A stretch of 64,000 nt of DNA, from assembly GCA_026936335.1 (NCBI GenBank), contig JAPMXV010000001.1:377343-441342 (forward strand), given 5' to 3'. The DNA is from Mantamonas sphyraenae STR306. Taxonomy: Eukaryota; Protista; CRuMs. The notes under the pieces are model-generated. The model had not been told where the DNA came from. It did no database searches and saw only the letters and a list, made by a program, of their open reading frames with translations. The first letter of the stretch is position 1; each line of letters starts with the position of its first letter. The position numbers and the translations under genes are program-made. This document shows, in pieces, positions 13,201-24,896 of this stretch.

Positions 13201-13417
13201 CGTAGTTGGCCACGGCCTCGCCACCCGCGTCACGAATCTCGTTCACCACAAGGTCTGCAGCACGCGTGGAAGCGCCTTCGCCCTTCATCGACCCTCCCAG
13301 GTCGTTGACCACCACACGGGCACCACGGCTGGCAAACATCAGCGCGTACGCCTTGCCCAAGCCACCGCCTGCACCTGTCACAAGCACAACCTTGCCGTCA
13401 AAGCGCAATTCGGACAT
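10214..13417 (-). CDS. HSD17B4: Peroxisomal multifunctional enzyme type 2 (2x SDR dehydrogenase + hydratase-2 + SCP2, PTS1 -AKL)
   Basis: MSELRFDGKVVLVTGAGGGLG, NNAGILRD and YSAAK occur twice; hydratase-2 motif YRLGSRDYNPLHIDPEMA...ILHGLCT; C-terminal SCP2 (WIVDLKNGSG...GKLNSTKAYMAKRLKFKG); ends AKL. Confidence 0.95.
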   Translation of the reverse strand: MSELRFDGKVVLVTGAGGGLGKAYALMFASRGARVVVNDLGGSMKGEGASTRAADLVVNEIRDAGGEAVANYDSVEYGERLVATALDTWGRLDIVINNAGILRDASFARMRDVDWDLVYKVHVRGAYSVTKAAWAVMREQQYGRIVMTASAAGLYGNFGQANYSAAKLGLLGFSNTLAVEGESRNIHVNTIAPIAGSRLTETVLPPEIVAALKPEYVAPLVGWLCHEDCEETGGVFEVGAGFVSKLRWQRTKGVFYDLKGAMTPEQVAESWEEVTDFDVDPTYPETPQDSLGPLIERLTPDESNSSSSALSGFSGSGATDKVRFDGKVVLVTGAGGGLGKAYALMFASRGARVVVNDLGGSMKGEGASTRAADLVVNEIREAGGEAVANYDSVEYGERLVATALDTWGRLDIVINNAGILRDASFARMRDVDWDLVYKVHVRGAYSVTKAAWAVMREQQYGRIVMTASAAGLYGNFGQANYSAAKLGLLGFSNTLAVEGESRNIHVNTIAPIAGSRLTETVLPPEIVAALKPEYVAPLVGWLCHEDCEETGGVFEVGAGFVSKLRWQRTKGVFYDLKGAMTPEQVAESWEEVTDFDVDPTYPETPQDSLGPLIERLTENAESSSSSASSSSSSSSSAEPTHAYSHVIGLKLPAQTFSYDEMDVALYALGAGAASDPMNVKDLRLVYELHNDGFRALPTFGVVIPFDTLMGFAELEVDGFEFNPMQLLHGEQYMEVRKPIPVKGTFETTAHISAIYDKGSGALVLVDAISRDEAGDEVLFNQFTLFIRGLGGFDGPRGPSTNVNNPPERKPDAVVEEATAPNQAILYRLGSRDYNPLHIDPEMAGMGGFDKPILHGLCTFGYAGRHIIDTFCGGDPARFKSIKVRFAKHLYPGETIITSMWQTAPDTIVFTCSCKERGTTVLSNAVVTIEPMEGEGNGDTQSMEQHEGEEPLQSDALFAQLGSVLNSSQGSALVQRVRGIIHWRILVDGEEKRSWIVDLKNGSGSVTRGEPVKVDCTLEVSDEDFVLMSQGKLNSTKAYMAKRLKFKGMIVVAQRFERELKLLQQAKL
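11568..13407. repeat. Near-identical direct repeat (~886 bp, period 954) encoding the two dehydrogenase domains of MFE-2
   Basis: 11568-12453 vs 12522-13407 differ at about 9 positions by eye and are separated by a unique 68-nt linker. Confidence 0.95.
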
Positions 13418-13488
13418 CGCAACACGAGAGGGAACGATCGAAATGTAAAAGAGGTGGCAGCAATCGCGCATTGCATTGAAGCTCCCAG

Positions 13489-15581
13489 CTATGGTCCTGC
13501 GCACAACCCCACCACACTGCAAAAGCCGAATTGGCAGTCGGCACAAGCCTGGTAGGCGACGATGGCGGCGACGAGTACGACGGGCACAATTCGAAACAGG
13601 GTACCGGAAAGACCCCACGAGCTGAGCTTGTTGGACAGAGCAGTGCAGGTGATTTGACACATTTCGATGTCTTTGCGATCAAAGGTCAGTTCCTCGTCGT
13701 CGTCGAGCCCCAGGTGGCGCAGGTGAGCGCGGGTGTCGTCGTCGAGATGGGCTGTGTGTTCGCTTGCCTCGTATGCGTCTGCCAGCACGGCGGTGTTGAC
13801 CTTTTCGAAAAAGGCGAGCGTGTCACACAGGGCGCTCGACGCGCCCGAAAGCATGCTCTGGTGCTTGGGATAGTTGAGGAGAAGATAGAGCATGAGGTTG
13901 TTGCTCTGGGCGACAAAGTGCGGGTAGAGGTGGCGCCACAGAGTCATGCAGCTATCTGTATCCATGGCAATACACCGTGTGAGGGTGGACAACACATGGT
14001 CTCGCAGAGGCTTGGCTGCAGAGGCGGCGTGGCTGAGAAGCATGCCAAAGAAGCGCCGAGGCTCGTTGCTGTGGCCCTCGGCAGGACGGGTACTGAAAAA
14101 GATGCTGAGTGCTTCGACGGTGTCAAACACCGAGTGCAGCTTGGTGCGCAGAGCTTGTGTGTCGCGTGCGGAGGAGCACTTGAGCAGGAGCAGTTTCTCG
14201 TACGAGCGCACGCTGATGTACGTACGGACGCTGGGGGAGCCGAGGAGGCGTGTGCGCCAACCCTTGTTGCTGAACAGGTGTTCAATGAACCCGAGGCACT
14301 GTTCGCGTGCAGCCAGGGGCACATTGTCGTCCAGGAGCTGCGGGAGCAGGAGGCGGGCCCAGGCTTCGAAGGAGGCACTCGGCATGGAGCCATTGGCCTG
14401 TGCAAAGGCCCATGTGAACACGGGCGTGAGTGCGCCTGGGGCACCCAACTTTTGGGAGAACAGGTTGGTGCCGGAGAAGAACTTGTGGCGAATCTGCTCA
14501 AGGGATTCAGAGAGGATGGAACCGTCGCGACGCAGAGTGACCTGCAGAAGGAGGCGCAGACCAAGACCTGCATTGGGGGTGGCCGACGGTTGATCTGTGG
14601 ACGCGCGACGAGGGTATCGGGGGAGGAGAAGGTTGTGGCCGGGAGCCGTGTGAGTGAACAAAAGCTGTGGGCTGGCTTTCCCCTCTCCGCCTGCAAAAAC
14701 GCACTGTCCATGATTTCAATGATGTTGAAAATGAGAAAGATCACAAAGTTGACCTGCTCGTGCTTGGGAATGGTGTCGAGGAAGTTGACGAGGGCGCGCT
14801 TGAGCGGCTTGGATATGAAACAGAGCGGCGATTCTGTGCGGGGTTCCAATCGACGTCAGCGCTGCGTGGACTTTGTGTTGCGTGCCGGAAAAGCGTCCGC
14901 CACACACACAGGGACGGCCAACGGGTACAGGGAGAACGGAAGAGGGGCAGAGGGCAGAGAGAGGGCAGAGGGACACAACGTGCGAGATGGAGGTGGCCTG
15001 AATGATGACTTACCGAGGCCGTTGATGCCGCTTGAAGTTCGGACTTGGCTGAGCGGATCTTCAAAGTACTCGGTAACTTTCTTGAGTTGGATGGAATACT
15101 TGCCCGAGTAGCTGGAGGCCAGTGAGGCAATGTGGTCGTTGAGTTCCGTCTCGTCGAGGTCCTGGACGACTTCGTCGATGGGGCGCAGAGTGACGGAGCT
15201 GCTACTGCTGCTGCTGCCCGCCGTGTTCTTCTTCTTGCTGCGGCGCTTGCGCTTGCCCTGGCCAGGCGAAACTTGCATACGCTTCCAGGCCTCCTCACGT
15301 TCCTCGGCTTGCTCCGACTCGCGTCGTTCGGCTCGAAGTTGCTTGCCCGACGGCAGCGAGCGTGGATCGTCCATTGCGGCTGCGATCTGCTCGTCGCGAA
15401 CAGCCGTCAACGCGGCCGCGTCCTCGTGTGCATACTGATCAAAGTCGTCAAACTCTGCGTCAAAGCCGTAGAGGTCGCGTGACGTCTCTGACGACGAGCT
15501 GTTCTTCTTCTTCTTCTTCTTCTTGCTGTTCGTCGACGGTTTGCCATTGCGCACCGTGGTCCACTTTTCCTCGTCCGCCAT
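13489..15581 (-). CDS. TMEM214: Transmembrane protein 214 homolog (multi-exon)
   Basis: N-terminal WTTV..KKKK motif, LKKVTEYFE, PLCFISKPL, GLRLLLQ, FTWAFAQA..EAWARLLLP, CIAMDTDSCMTLWRHLYPHFVAQSNNLMLYL and a C-terminal TM fit TMEM214 (DUF2359). Confidence 0.8.
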
Positions 15582-15766
15582 GCTGTCTGGGAGCTGGTCA
15601 CGATGGCGCATGATCCATGATCCGTGAAGAATTGGAGGGGGTGTGAGAGCGAGCGAGAGAGATGTTGGATCCTCCACGTGCTGCCTGCATCATGCATCAT
15701 GCGAGAGCTGAGCGCCGGGGTCATGCGCTGGCAGAGACAAGACGACCTTCAATTTCCTCTCTGCCA

Positions 15767-18507
15767 ATGTCATCGTCCTCCAGCTCCTCCAACGACGACT
15801 CGGAGTACGTCAACATGGACGACATTAGCTCGTGGTCGCGCATTGTGCCGCTGCGCGACATGCCCTTGTACGCACTCGATTTGGGAGAACCGCGGCACGT
15901 CGATTACCTGCTCTTTGCCGAGTTTGACATCGACAAGGGCTCCATCCTCAAGTACCAGTATCCAGAAGAGACTGGGGTAGACGAACAAGAACTGGCAGAA
16001 CTCATGCTTCCAGATGGCGCCCACAATCGGGAGAACGACTGGACCACGTTTTTCCTCAATCGGGACGCCGAAACAAACGCCGTCAACACAGCCAAGGAGA
16101 TGGAAAAGGCCATGGTTCGTTGTCGCCCTGAACTCCACGTGCAATGTCGAGTGTGCGCATGTCGTCCAGCTCTCGTGCACATCCGCCTCCCGTCCATACT
16201 GCACCCGAGGTCAACCCTCCCAGAAAAGGGCCCCTGACACACCCTTCCCTCCCGCTCGCCACAGCAACAGGACAAAGACAGCGGCACCAAACCCAAACGA
16301 CGCGAGGAGATCGTCGAAGCCTTTGTGTACCAGGTTGGTTCACACGTGTTGGCATGCTCTGTCGTGGCCAGAAGCGCAACCTGTACCCACGCTCACGCCA
16401 TTTCACGTCCCTTGCCCTGCCGCCTGCTCACAGTGTGAGGATTCCAGCAAAGGCTGGGAGTTGCTCAGCGACGAGCGCAAGTTTATCTTTTTCCACCCGA
16501 CGCGCTTGTTCATCCGCAACAAGGACAAAACCGATTTCAAAGTAATGTGCGTTGAGCGGGTTTTGGCCTTCAGGCTCCTCCGCCGGCGAGAGCCTGTCTA
16601 TTCGCAAAGGAGGGGGCGAGGGCAGGAGAGAAGAGGCACAGATAGAGAGAGAGTGTGTGTGTGCGCACGCGCGCGTGTCCGTGAGAAGGTCGTGACACCG
16701 GTGACTGACACCTGGGTGTGTGCGTAGTGAACGACACGACCAGCTGCAGTACACCGTGCTTGGGGAAAACTTTGCGTGCGTGTTTGATGAAGAAGGGGTG
16801 GCCATCGGCCTGCGCTTCCTCACCGAAGAGGATAGCCTGCGATTCGAGGAGTATGAAAAGGTGTTCCGTGACCCAGAGGCGTCGGAAGAACGGTGGGGGC
16901 ATCTGGTGACCAAGATGCACCTCATCAAAGCCAAACCCATGCTGTACTGCCTCAACCTGGTGAAAACCAAGCTGGACAGCAGTGTGCGGCGTGGTGCACG
17001 CGTCAAAGCCATGGCCGTGTGCACACGTTCGCAGTACTATCACATCTTCCGGCCGCTCCTCGTGTTGGGTTTGAACAAGTTCTTCGACCGCGACGACATT
17101 GGCATTCTGGAAGAGCTGTACGAAAGCATCAACGCCATGGACCTCAGTGGCTTCCCTCACTACCCACTGGCACGCCGCATTGCATACCGCACAACCGACA
17201 CCGCGCCGCCAGATTTCATTGCACACATCCGCTACACAGGCGCGAAACTCAGCGTCAAGGTACCACAGGCCATGCTTCCAGACGAAGTGGGTGACGGCTC
17301 CATCATCGAGCTCGAAAAGGTGTTTAAAGAGCAAATCATGACCATCTACAACGCGCTACTGCAGCAGAAGCGCATTCTGATCCTCGGATACAGCCGGGCG
17401 GCCCAGGAGGTGTGCACGTACACCATCTCATGCATCTACATGGTTATCCCCACACTGCGGGGCTTCCTCAAGCGGTGCTACCCGTATGCCAATCTTGTGA
17501 TGCTGGATTTTCTGAGCACGCCAGGGTACATTGCGGGCGTGACGAATTCCATTTTCGAGGAGCACAAGGAGTGGTGGGATGTGCTTTGCGACATCAACAC
17601 GGGCAAGGTGGTGCTGGCTGAGCGTGTGAGCAAGGAGGTGCCCGTGAAGGACCAGCAGCCCGTGGCTCTGAATCCGCTGGACGCCGCATTCTACAAACAC
17701 CTCAGCGCGTGTTTGGAGTCAAACAATGCGGCGGATGAGAAGCGCGTGCGCTCGTTGTTCAAGGACTACACCCAGCAGATGGTCGACGTGGCTTTTGGTG
17801 ACTACACGTTCGTCAACGCAGAGGAAAGGGCCACGCTGACCGAGGGCCTTCAGGAGCGCATCACCAAGTTCACCATCACCGACATGTATGCCAACTACAC
17901 GCTGGACAGGGAGAACCGCAAGATCACAAGCAAACTGAAGTTGGAAACGCTGGGTGACAATGTGCAGAAGTTGCGCACCCAAGACGACCTGTCCCTGGAC
18001 CAGGTGCGCAAGTTTTACCAGGAGTTTGTGTCGTTTGTGCGCACAGAAGACGAAATTGTGGAGTTTTTGGGCTTTCTGCCTGAATCGCAGGGCGGACTGT
18101 ACCCCGTGGCCACAGGGTTGTTTTCGTCCGACCCGAGTGTGCGCGACGCGACGGTGACGCTGCTGAAGCGCATCGACACGATTCGCATGGGCACGGCAGC
18201 CATCAACCAGATGAACTTTTTCCTGGTGCTTGCGTACGATAGGCACGTGCGCGAGATGCTTCTTGTAGAAGAGGCAACGGGTGAGGAACAGCCAATTGCC
18301 GAGGAAGCCGAAATGCAAGAAGCACAGCAGGAGCACACTTGGGCCTCGTCTGACGAGGCAGTGCAAGAGACAGAGACGCCTAGGCGCAAGAAGCGTTCCG
18401 AGAGTGGGATCAATGGGGCGCGCAGTCTCTTCAAGAAGGACAGCAGCGACGACTTGGTGACCGAGGTGCACAAGAGGCGAATGACCATCGAGCGATCGTA
18501 CAGGTAG
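15767..18507 (+). CDS. Afi1/MesA-family DENN-related polarity protein (4 exons)
   Basis: VDYLLFAEFDIDKGSILKYQYP...LAELMLPDGAHNRENDWTTFFL (Afi1 uDENN), LYCLNLVKTKLDSSVRRGARVKAMA, IYNALLQQKRILILG, YPYANL...PGYIAGVTNSIFEEHKEWWDVLCDINTGKV, EFLGFLPESQGGLYPVATGLF. Confidence 0.88.
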
Positions 18508-18522
18508 GCAGCGGGTTGTCAG

Positions 18523-21500
18523 TCATTCATTGGTGTGTGCGGCGCCGAGAAGGTGAACTTCCACGGTTAGCGAGTCGTCCTCAATGAAGCCAGCCGTCGT
18601 GTAGCACTCGGAGAAGAGTTTGAACTTGTGGAGGCCCCAATCCTTGTCGGGCTCAAACGCGTGTTTGAACGCCTTGATCTCGGAGCGCGCATACCCTCCT
18701 GGGCCAAAGTCGCTCAAGGAGTTGTCCTTGTGATTGACAATCTTGAGGGCAAAGTGGACGGTGCGAGTCTTGCGTGCGTTGGCAGAGCCAAGGTACAGGG
18801 AGATGTAGCCCTTGGAGGTGTCCGAATCCGGCTGAACTATGCGTACGTTGAGTGTCCAGCAAGTGCCATCTGCAATCTGAAAGACCTCACTCTGGCGGAA
18901 GGAGGTAGTGTGCTTGAGATCGGTAATCCGCCAGCGCCATACTTCGCAACGGTCGGTGTGGCCAGAATCAATACACTTGGCGGGTGTTACCTTGTCCGGC
19001 ACCTTGAATCCAATGCGGGGCACCAGACGCTGCACGCTGAGCTCAGTCTGTGCCTCTTCCTCGCTGGTCATTGCGTGCGGAACGCAGTGAGAGCGGTAGG
19101 CCTCGAGAACCAACTCGGCAGGAACGATCCCTGATGGCTCCACAATGGAGAACAACTCCACGGGGCTCATTTGCGGGAAACGGATGTGCGGTAGCAGGCG
19201 CCGAATTCGAGCACGCAGGGCTTGGCGGAAGTGAATGCTTCGTACAGCTTGGCGTTCTTCATCCTCCTCGGCCACGTGCTCCTCCTCCAACATGTGGATG
19301 CGCTTGCGAAGTTCATCCTTCTGCTGTTGAACCAACGAGGAGGAGGAGGCAGACGACGAGGACGACGAGGACGACGAGGATGACGAGGCCGCTGCAAGAT
19401 CTTCTTGCTGGTATTGCGTTGACGGGGAGGAGGAGGAGGAGGCCATCGCATGGGTGGATGAGCTGGTAGAGGCACTTCCGCGTGTGCTGCTGGTACCCCC
19501 ATGGGTATGGCGAGAGTCCTGCAACAGTCGCTTGGTGCCCCACTCGATGACAAAGTCAAACAGCTTGATCTCTTTGACGTTCAACTTGTCGTTGCAGATG
19601 ATGGCCTCGACAAGCTCCTCAGAGAGACCCATGGCACTCTTTTGTCCGGCCTGACCGAGAATGCGGTCTGCATGGCGGCAGACAAAGTCAAAAACGGTGT
19701 CATAGAGGCGCTCGGTGCCCACAATGCGTGGAGTGACGTGCTGGAGGACGTCGCATGCGTTTTGGATGCTCGTGTGGGTTCGGAGAAAGGCGACGCAAAG
19801 ATCGGTACCGTGGCCAAACAGGTACTGGTCCAGGGCCAGGTACAATTCGCACAAACAGCTGCACAGATGCAAACTCAGCTTTCCCGTGTACACGTACAAA
19901 AGCAGCTGGCGGAACACATAGGCGGAGATGTTGGGCACCTTGATTTCGCCTGTCTGCCCTTCGCTCCAGCCGCCGCCCTGCAGCGGAGGTGGAGAGGAGG
20001 AAGAGGAAGAGGAAGATGCAGACGACATCGACGCCTCCGGCTCAGGGGAACCAGACTGATGTGGCTGGTCAGACTCTGCGCCTTGTTGCAGACCGAGCAT
20101 GGAGGCAAAGACCTCGCTGCGTGCACAGAGTACAGCACGGTGAGCAGGTATGCGCTCGACCTGCTCGGGATCGTCCATGTCTACAGGTTGCCCTGCATAG
20201 AAGACACCTCCGTGCTTTGCGACAATAAAAACAACGTCTGGAGGATCCATGCGCGTGACGATCCGCTGCTCAGACAGCAACGGATTGGAGGGATGATTGG
20301 AGGAGGACTCGCTGCCGAGAGCGTTGACAATGATGCTATCGGAGGAGGTTGCGTCGTCGCCGGGTGCATCCCCGTATGGAAACAAGTCGTCCGTGGTTTG
20401 AACTCGCTGTCCACAGGCATAGAACTTGGGGCGGCTCTGCTGAGGCGGCTGGGTACTCTTGATGCCAAATCGAGCCACAGGGGCCTTGTTGGCGGATGTG
20501 CTGACGAGCACAGGGGAGGAGGACAGACTCTTTCGCAATCGAGACCGCCTTTTGGGCGATAGCGACGAAGGAGGCATGTCGGAGGAGATGGATGAGGAAG
20601 AAACGAGATCCAGGTGATCGGATGAGGTGCGGGGAAGAGCGGATGGGGCGCTGTCGAGCGAGTGGCGTGTGGAGACATCGAGGCCACGGCGGGCGGTCAC
20701 GGATCGCATAGTGCCGCCGTTCCAGGAGGTGGAGACAGAGCGAGGGAGAGGGCTGCGGGCGGTGTGTGGGCGCGGTGGAGTGGCGTTGGGACTGCGAGAC
20801 AGAGCTGTGCCGAGGGACGGGTTGCTTGTGCGAGCGGCCTGTTCGACCGCAGACTCTGTGTGCCTCCTGCCCTCGAGCACGATGACAGGCTGCGACAACC
20901 CTTGCTGTTTGTCTTGTGGAGCATTCGTAGTCGAGTGGCTGTACAATCCGCTATCGCTGTGGTAGCGGGATGTGCGTGACTTGAGGACTGTGCTGCTGGC
21001 AACCTCACCTTCTGCGTCTGTGTGTGCTTCCTGTTGGGCGCCTGTGTCTGTGCCATCCTGTTGTTCATCTGCATCGGGTGTGTGAAGCCGAAATGTGAAG
21101 CTTCCCTGTCGTGTATCGCCACTCTGGCGACGCTGAGGCCGTGCGGATCGGCGAGAGCGACGCCTGCCGCTGCGGGTCCTGTTTTGCGAACCACGGGCGC
21201 GCACTTGAAGGTCGGGCACATTGACTACGAGTGGCTCTTCCGGGCCCTCATTGTCCCGTGGCCTGAGTTCATCGAAATCGACGGCGACGTTTGCCTCCAG
21301 GAAGTTTACCTCTAGGACATTGTCGAGATCTGCGATTCGTCCCATACGACGCATCATGTTGTCTTCTTGTTCTTGGAGGTGCAGTCGAAAGCGTGCAAAG
21401 CTCTCGAGATCCTGCTGGCGCATCAGGCGCATGCCATCTTGGTCTTCGTCGCGGTCCTCGTCGTCGTCCAAGGCACCGAGCAGCACCACATCGTCGTGGA

Positions 21501-21694
21501 CATCTTGATCAAAGAGCTGGCCACGCATCAAATCCAGCATGTGCGCGTCGACGTCGTTCAGGTCCAGCTCTCCCTGTAATTCCAGCTGAGCAAGGGCACG
21601 CGCTCCTGGATCATCGTCGGCTTCACGATCCTCCTCGTCCAAGTCACCTTCCTCCTCGTCCTCATCATCGTGCTCATCTTCATCTTCATCGTCG

Positions 21695-21738
<44 letters not shown>

Positions 21739-23775
21739 GTTGTCTGGTGACGAGGCAAACTGATAGCGCAGCATGCCCTCACGAGTTTCATCGTCCATAC
21801 CCCAAGCCTGGCGTACATGAAAGCGAGCTGCATGTCGCATGGCGAGGTTGCGTTCGTGCTGGACGGCCATGTCGTCGTGATCGTTGCGGCGGTGTCGCAG
21901 ATAGTTTGCACGCAGTCGCGTGCGGTAGCCACCACGTGCAGTGCTGGAGACATCGTCATCGTCATCGTCATCGTCATCCTCATCGTCGTCAACGTCCTCC
22001 CTGCTGCTGTCACGGTCATCTTCCTCCTCCTCCTCCTCTTCCTCGTCGTCGTCGTCGTTGCAAATGGAGGTGTCCAGGTCGGTGGGTTTGGACACGATGG
22101 AATGGGCGTCGTCGTCATCAATGTCGGCATTGTCATCTTCGTCGTCGTCATGGATGATGTCGTCGTTGCTGAGCTCCAACGGGTGGCGGTGGGGGTTGCT
22201 GAGGCCGGCGAGGCGATGTTGCAGCTGAGCGTTCATCTCTTGCAAGCGGCTTTGACGAGCCGCGGACTGCATGTGCCTTTGCTTGAGACGCGTATACTCG
22301 AGCTCCAGCCGGCCAACCTCATCACTGGCACGTGTGTGCGGCTCTGGATCCATTTCAGAGCGGGAGTCGTCCATCTCGGGCTCGTCGTCGTCGTTTCGCT
22401 CGGCAATTGTATAGGCCTGCTGAGCAAGCCGAACTTTGGACATGGCTTTGAGACGGTCCAAAAAACACGAGTGTAGCAGCTCCTCGCTAGCGGAGAGGAG
22501 GTCGAGGTCGGGTTCACTCGATTCGTCGTCGTTCTCATCGTCGTCGCCGTCGTAGGAGAGGGATGCAACATGCCTGTGCACACCCATGCCCCCGAGGGTG
22601 ACTTGAGGCAGCTCGTCGCGCTGAAAGGCCCGCCGTGTGCGATCCCAGTCGTCTGATTTCCGCAGGGTGTTTGTCAGCAGACGGTCGGTGTTTGTGAAGA
22701 GGGAGCGAGAGCTGGGGCTCATCGAAGTTGGCATGGAATGACCATGGATGGCATTGGTGGAGGAGGTGGTGGAGGAGGTGGTAGCTGTGGTGGTGCTATG
22801 ACGTTGTGTGTCTGCGACCGACTCTGCTTCGTCGTCGCCTTCGGCAGCAAGCTCATCGATGTCGTCGCTGAGCACAGAGTTTAGGTGGTTGGAGGTGGAT
22901 GTGGTGAATACACGTTGGTGGGTGTCCAGCTGTGTCGGGTACGTGGCATCTGTGTTGGGGGAGTCGTGGATGGTTGTGTCGTTGCTGCGTTGGGTACGCT
23001 CTGGATACTCCTGGGAACTCATAACCTGGACTGTTTCCGTTTCCTGTGCCCAGTTGGAGACATCCGAGTGGTTTTGGGCGTGGTGTGAACGCTGGTTGGT
23101 GCGTGTGGCGTTGCGTTTCCTGCGCCAGCGCCTGCCCGAGCTGCGGCGCTCAACGGCGTGTGCTATGAGCTGGCGCCCACGTTCCGAGATGTAGTTCTCG
23201 TCCAGGTGGATGTTGAGAGGCGATTTGAACGCGTGCAGGTTTGCTGCGATGTACTCTGCGCCTTCATCGTCGATTTGGTTGCCCCGCAGAAACAAGTCGG
23301 TGAGTTGGGTGTGGTCGGGACGCAACTCTTCGCACAGCGCCACCAAGCCTGTGTTGCTGATCAGATTCTGGTTAAGTCGCAACTCCTGCAACATTTCGCA
23401 CTCGTATAGCCTTTCGGCGAGCTTCTGTGCACCGTAGTCACCTGCAGACGGGCAAAAACGGAGAAGGAAATCACGCACGAGTGAGCGTTTCAACGGCTGG
23501 CCTGCAAAAATCCGCCGGCTCTTCTTACCTATTGTGTTTGCGTTGAGATCCAGGATGACCAAGTGATGCATGAGACTTGCCAAAAGCATGGCGCCTGTGC
23601 TGCTGATGAGATTCTCTGCAAGAAAGAGCTTGGATATGGTGGGGCGTACGCTGTGGCAGGCGAGGACGAGTTCCTGCACGCCCTGGTCGTCGATGTCAAA
23701 GCCGTTCAGATGCAACTCGCTAATGCGTGGATCTTCTTGGAGCTGCTCGACCACGGCAGCCAATAGCTCATTCAT
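18523..23775 (-). CDS. LRR(RI-like)-acidic region-BTB/POZ-BACK-MATH protein
   Basis: N-terminal 28-aa LRRs (LxLxxNxIxxxG), poly-Asp/Glu tracts, BTB (PDVVFIV...IPAHRAVLCARSEVFASML; FRQLLLYVYTG), BACK-like (LNVKEIKLFDFVIEWG; LLPHIRFPQMSP), C-terminal MATH (WRWRITD...YISLYL...DWGLHKF...GFIEDDSLTVEV). One in-frame intron at 23442-23528. Confidence 0.8.
21655..22057. repeat. Coding trinucleotide microsatellites (TCG/TCA/TCC)n encoding poly-Asp/Glu
   Basis: Runs such as gtcgtcgtcatcgtcgtcgtcg at 21690-21740 and 21953-21990. Confidence 0.8.
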
Positions 23776-24831
23776 TGGAGGTGTACTCGCGAGGCAAAAC
23801 GTTTGCCTCGACCAGGGCATCGTAGATGGTGCCCAGGGACGGTGCATACCAGCGTGGCACGCTATGGTCGTCCCATGTGAGGGCATCCTTGTACGAGTCG
23901 ACACCCGAGCCGACCAAGAGCCCGTCGACGCCACAGGAGCGACCAAACTCAATGTCGTGATCCTTGTCGCCGACCATAAGGGTTTTGGACGGCTCCATGG
24001 CAAATCTGTGGGATGGGGGCGGGAGGAGTGGCAGGTGTAAGGTGGGGTCAGGCCAAGTTGGTGAACGACGTGCTGCCAAGAGATGTGAGCGACGCACTTA
24101 TCGAGGATGTGCTCCATCATGAACGGAGTGGGTTTGCCAATGGTGGCAAAGGTGCGCGGGGCAAAGGCACACTCCATGGATGCGACGATGCTACCTCCGC
24201 CGGGAAGCAGGTAGTCGCCGGCTGGGTAGGTGTTGTCGCGGTTGGTACAGAGGAGCAGGAGATCGCGGCCTTTCTCCTGGGCCTTTTGCAGAGCCAGGAG
24301 GGCGTAAGAGGACTTGAAATAGGAAAAATAGCGGTCAAAGCCGATGACAACGACGCCAATGTCCTCGTCAATGGGCTGGTCGAGCAGTTCGTTGGGCCCA
24401 GCGCCGTACTGCTCTTTGTGGTCTTCGCCTCCAACGACGACATAGCCAGCGGCTTCGAGTTCATCGACGAGACCCTGTTGACCCACGACATAGACCTTGA
24501 GAGAAGTGTCGACGCCGTGGGCATGGAGATAGGCGCCGACGGCATAGGAGCTGGTAAACACTTGATCGACGTCAGCGTCCATGCCCTGAGCGAGGATTTT
24601 GTCGAGACAGGTAGCACGAGAGCGAGTGCTGTTGTTTGTGGCAAAGGCGACAGTTTTGCCTGCGCTGGCGAGGTAGTTGACAAGCGCGGCGGCGCCGGGG
24701 ATGGGTTCGCTGCCACGCCACAGGACGCCGTCGCAGTCAAAGACAAAGTGGTCGTAGGCGTCGAGAAAGTCAAGGACAGCCTTTGTGTTGGAGGCGTCGA
24801 GGACGGTGATGTCTTGGGTGGTGAGAGACAT
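23768..24831 (-). CDS. PGP: Phosphoglycolate/pyridoxal phosphatase, HAD subfamily IIA (2 exons)
   Basis: FVFDCDGVLWRG, ATNNSTRSR, VVIGFD, CTNRD, PGGGS, IGKPTP, then after the 24006-24097 intron TLMVGDKDHDIEFG. Confidence 0.9.
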
Positions 24832-24896
24832 GGTGGGAGGTGTTGGGGGATGCGGTGGTGGAGGCAGGGCAGGTTCTGGTCAGCAGCAAGAGCAGC

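Noticed and set aside
18523-24831. 2102-aa ORF as one constitutive gene
   Set aside because: PGP needs the 24006-24097 intron removed to gain its final HAD motif (MVGD..DI) and then stops at 23768. The fusion is kept only as a hypothesis.
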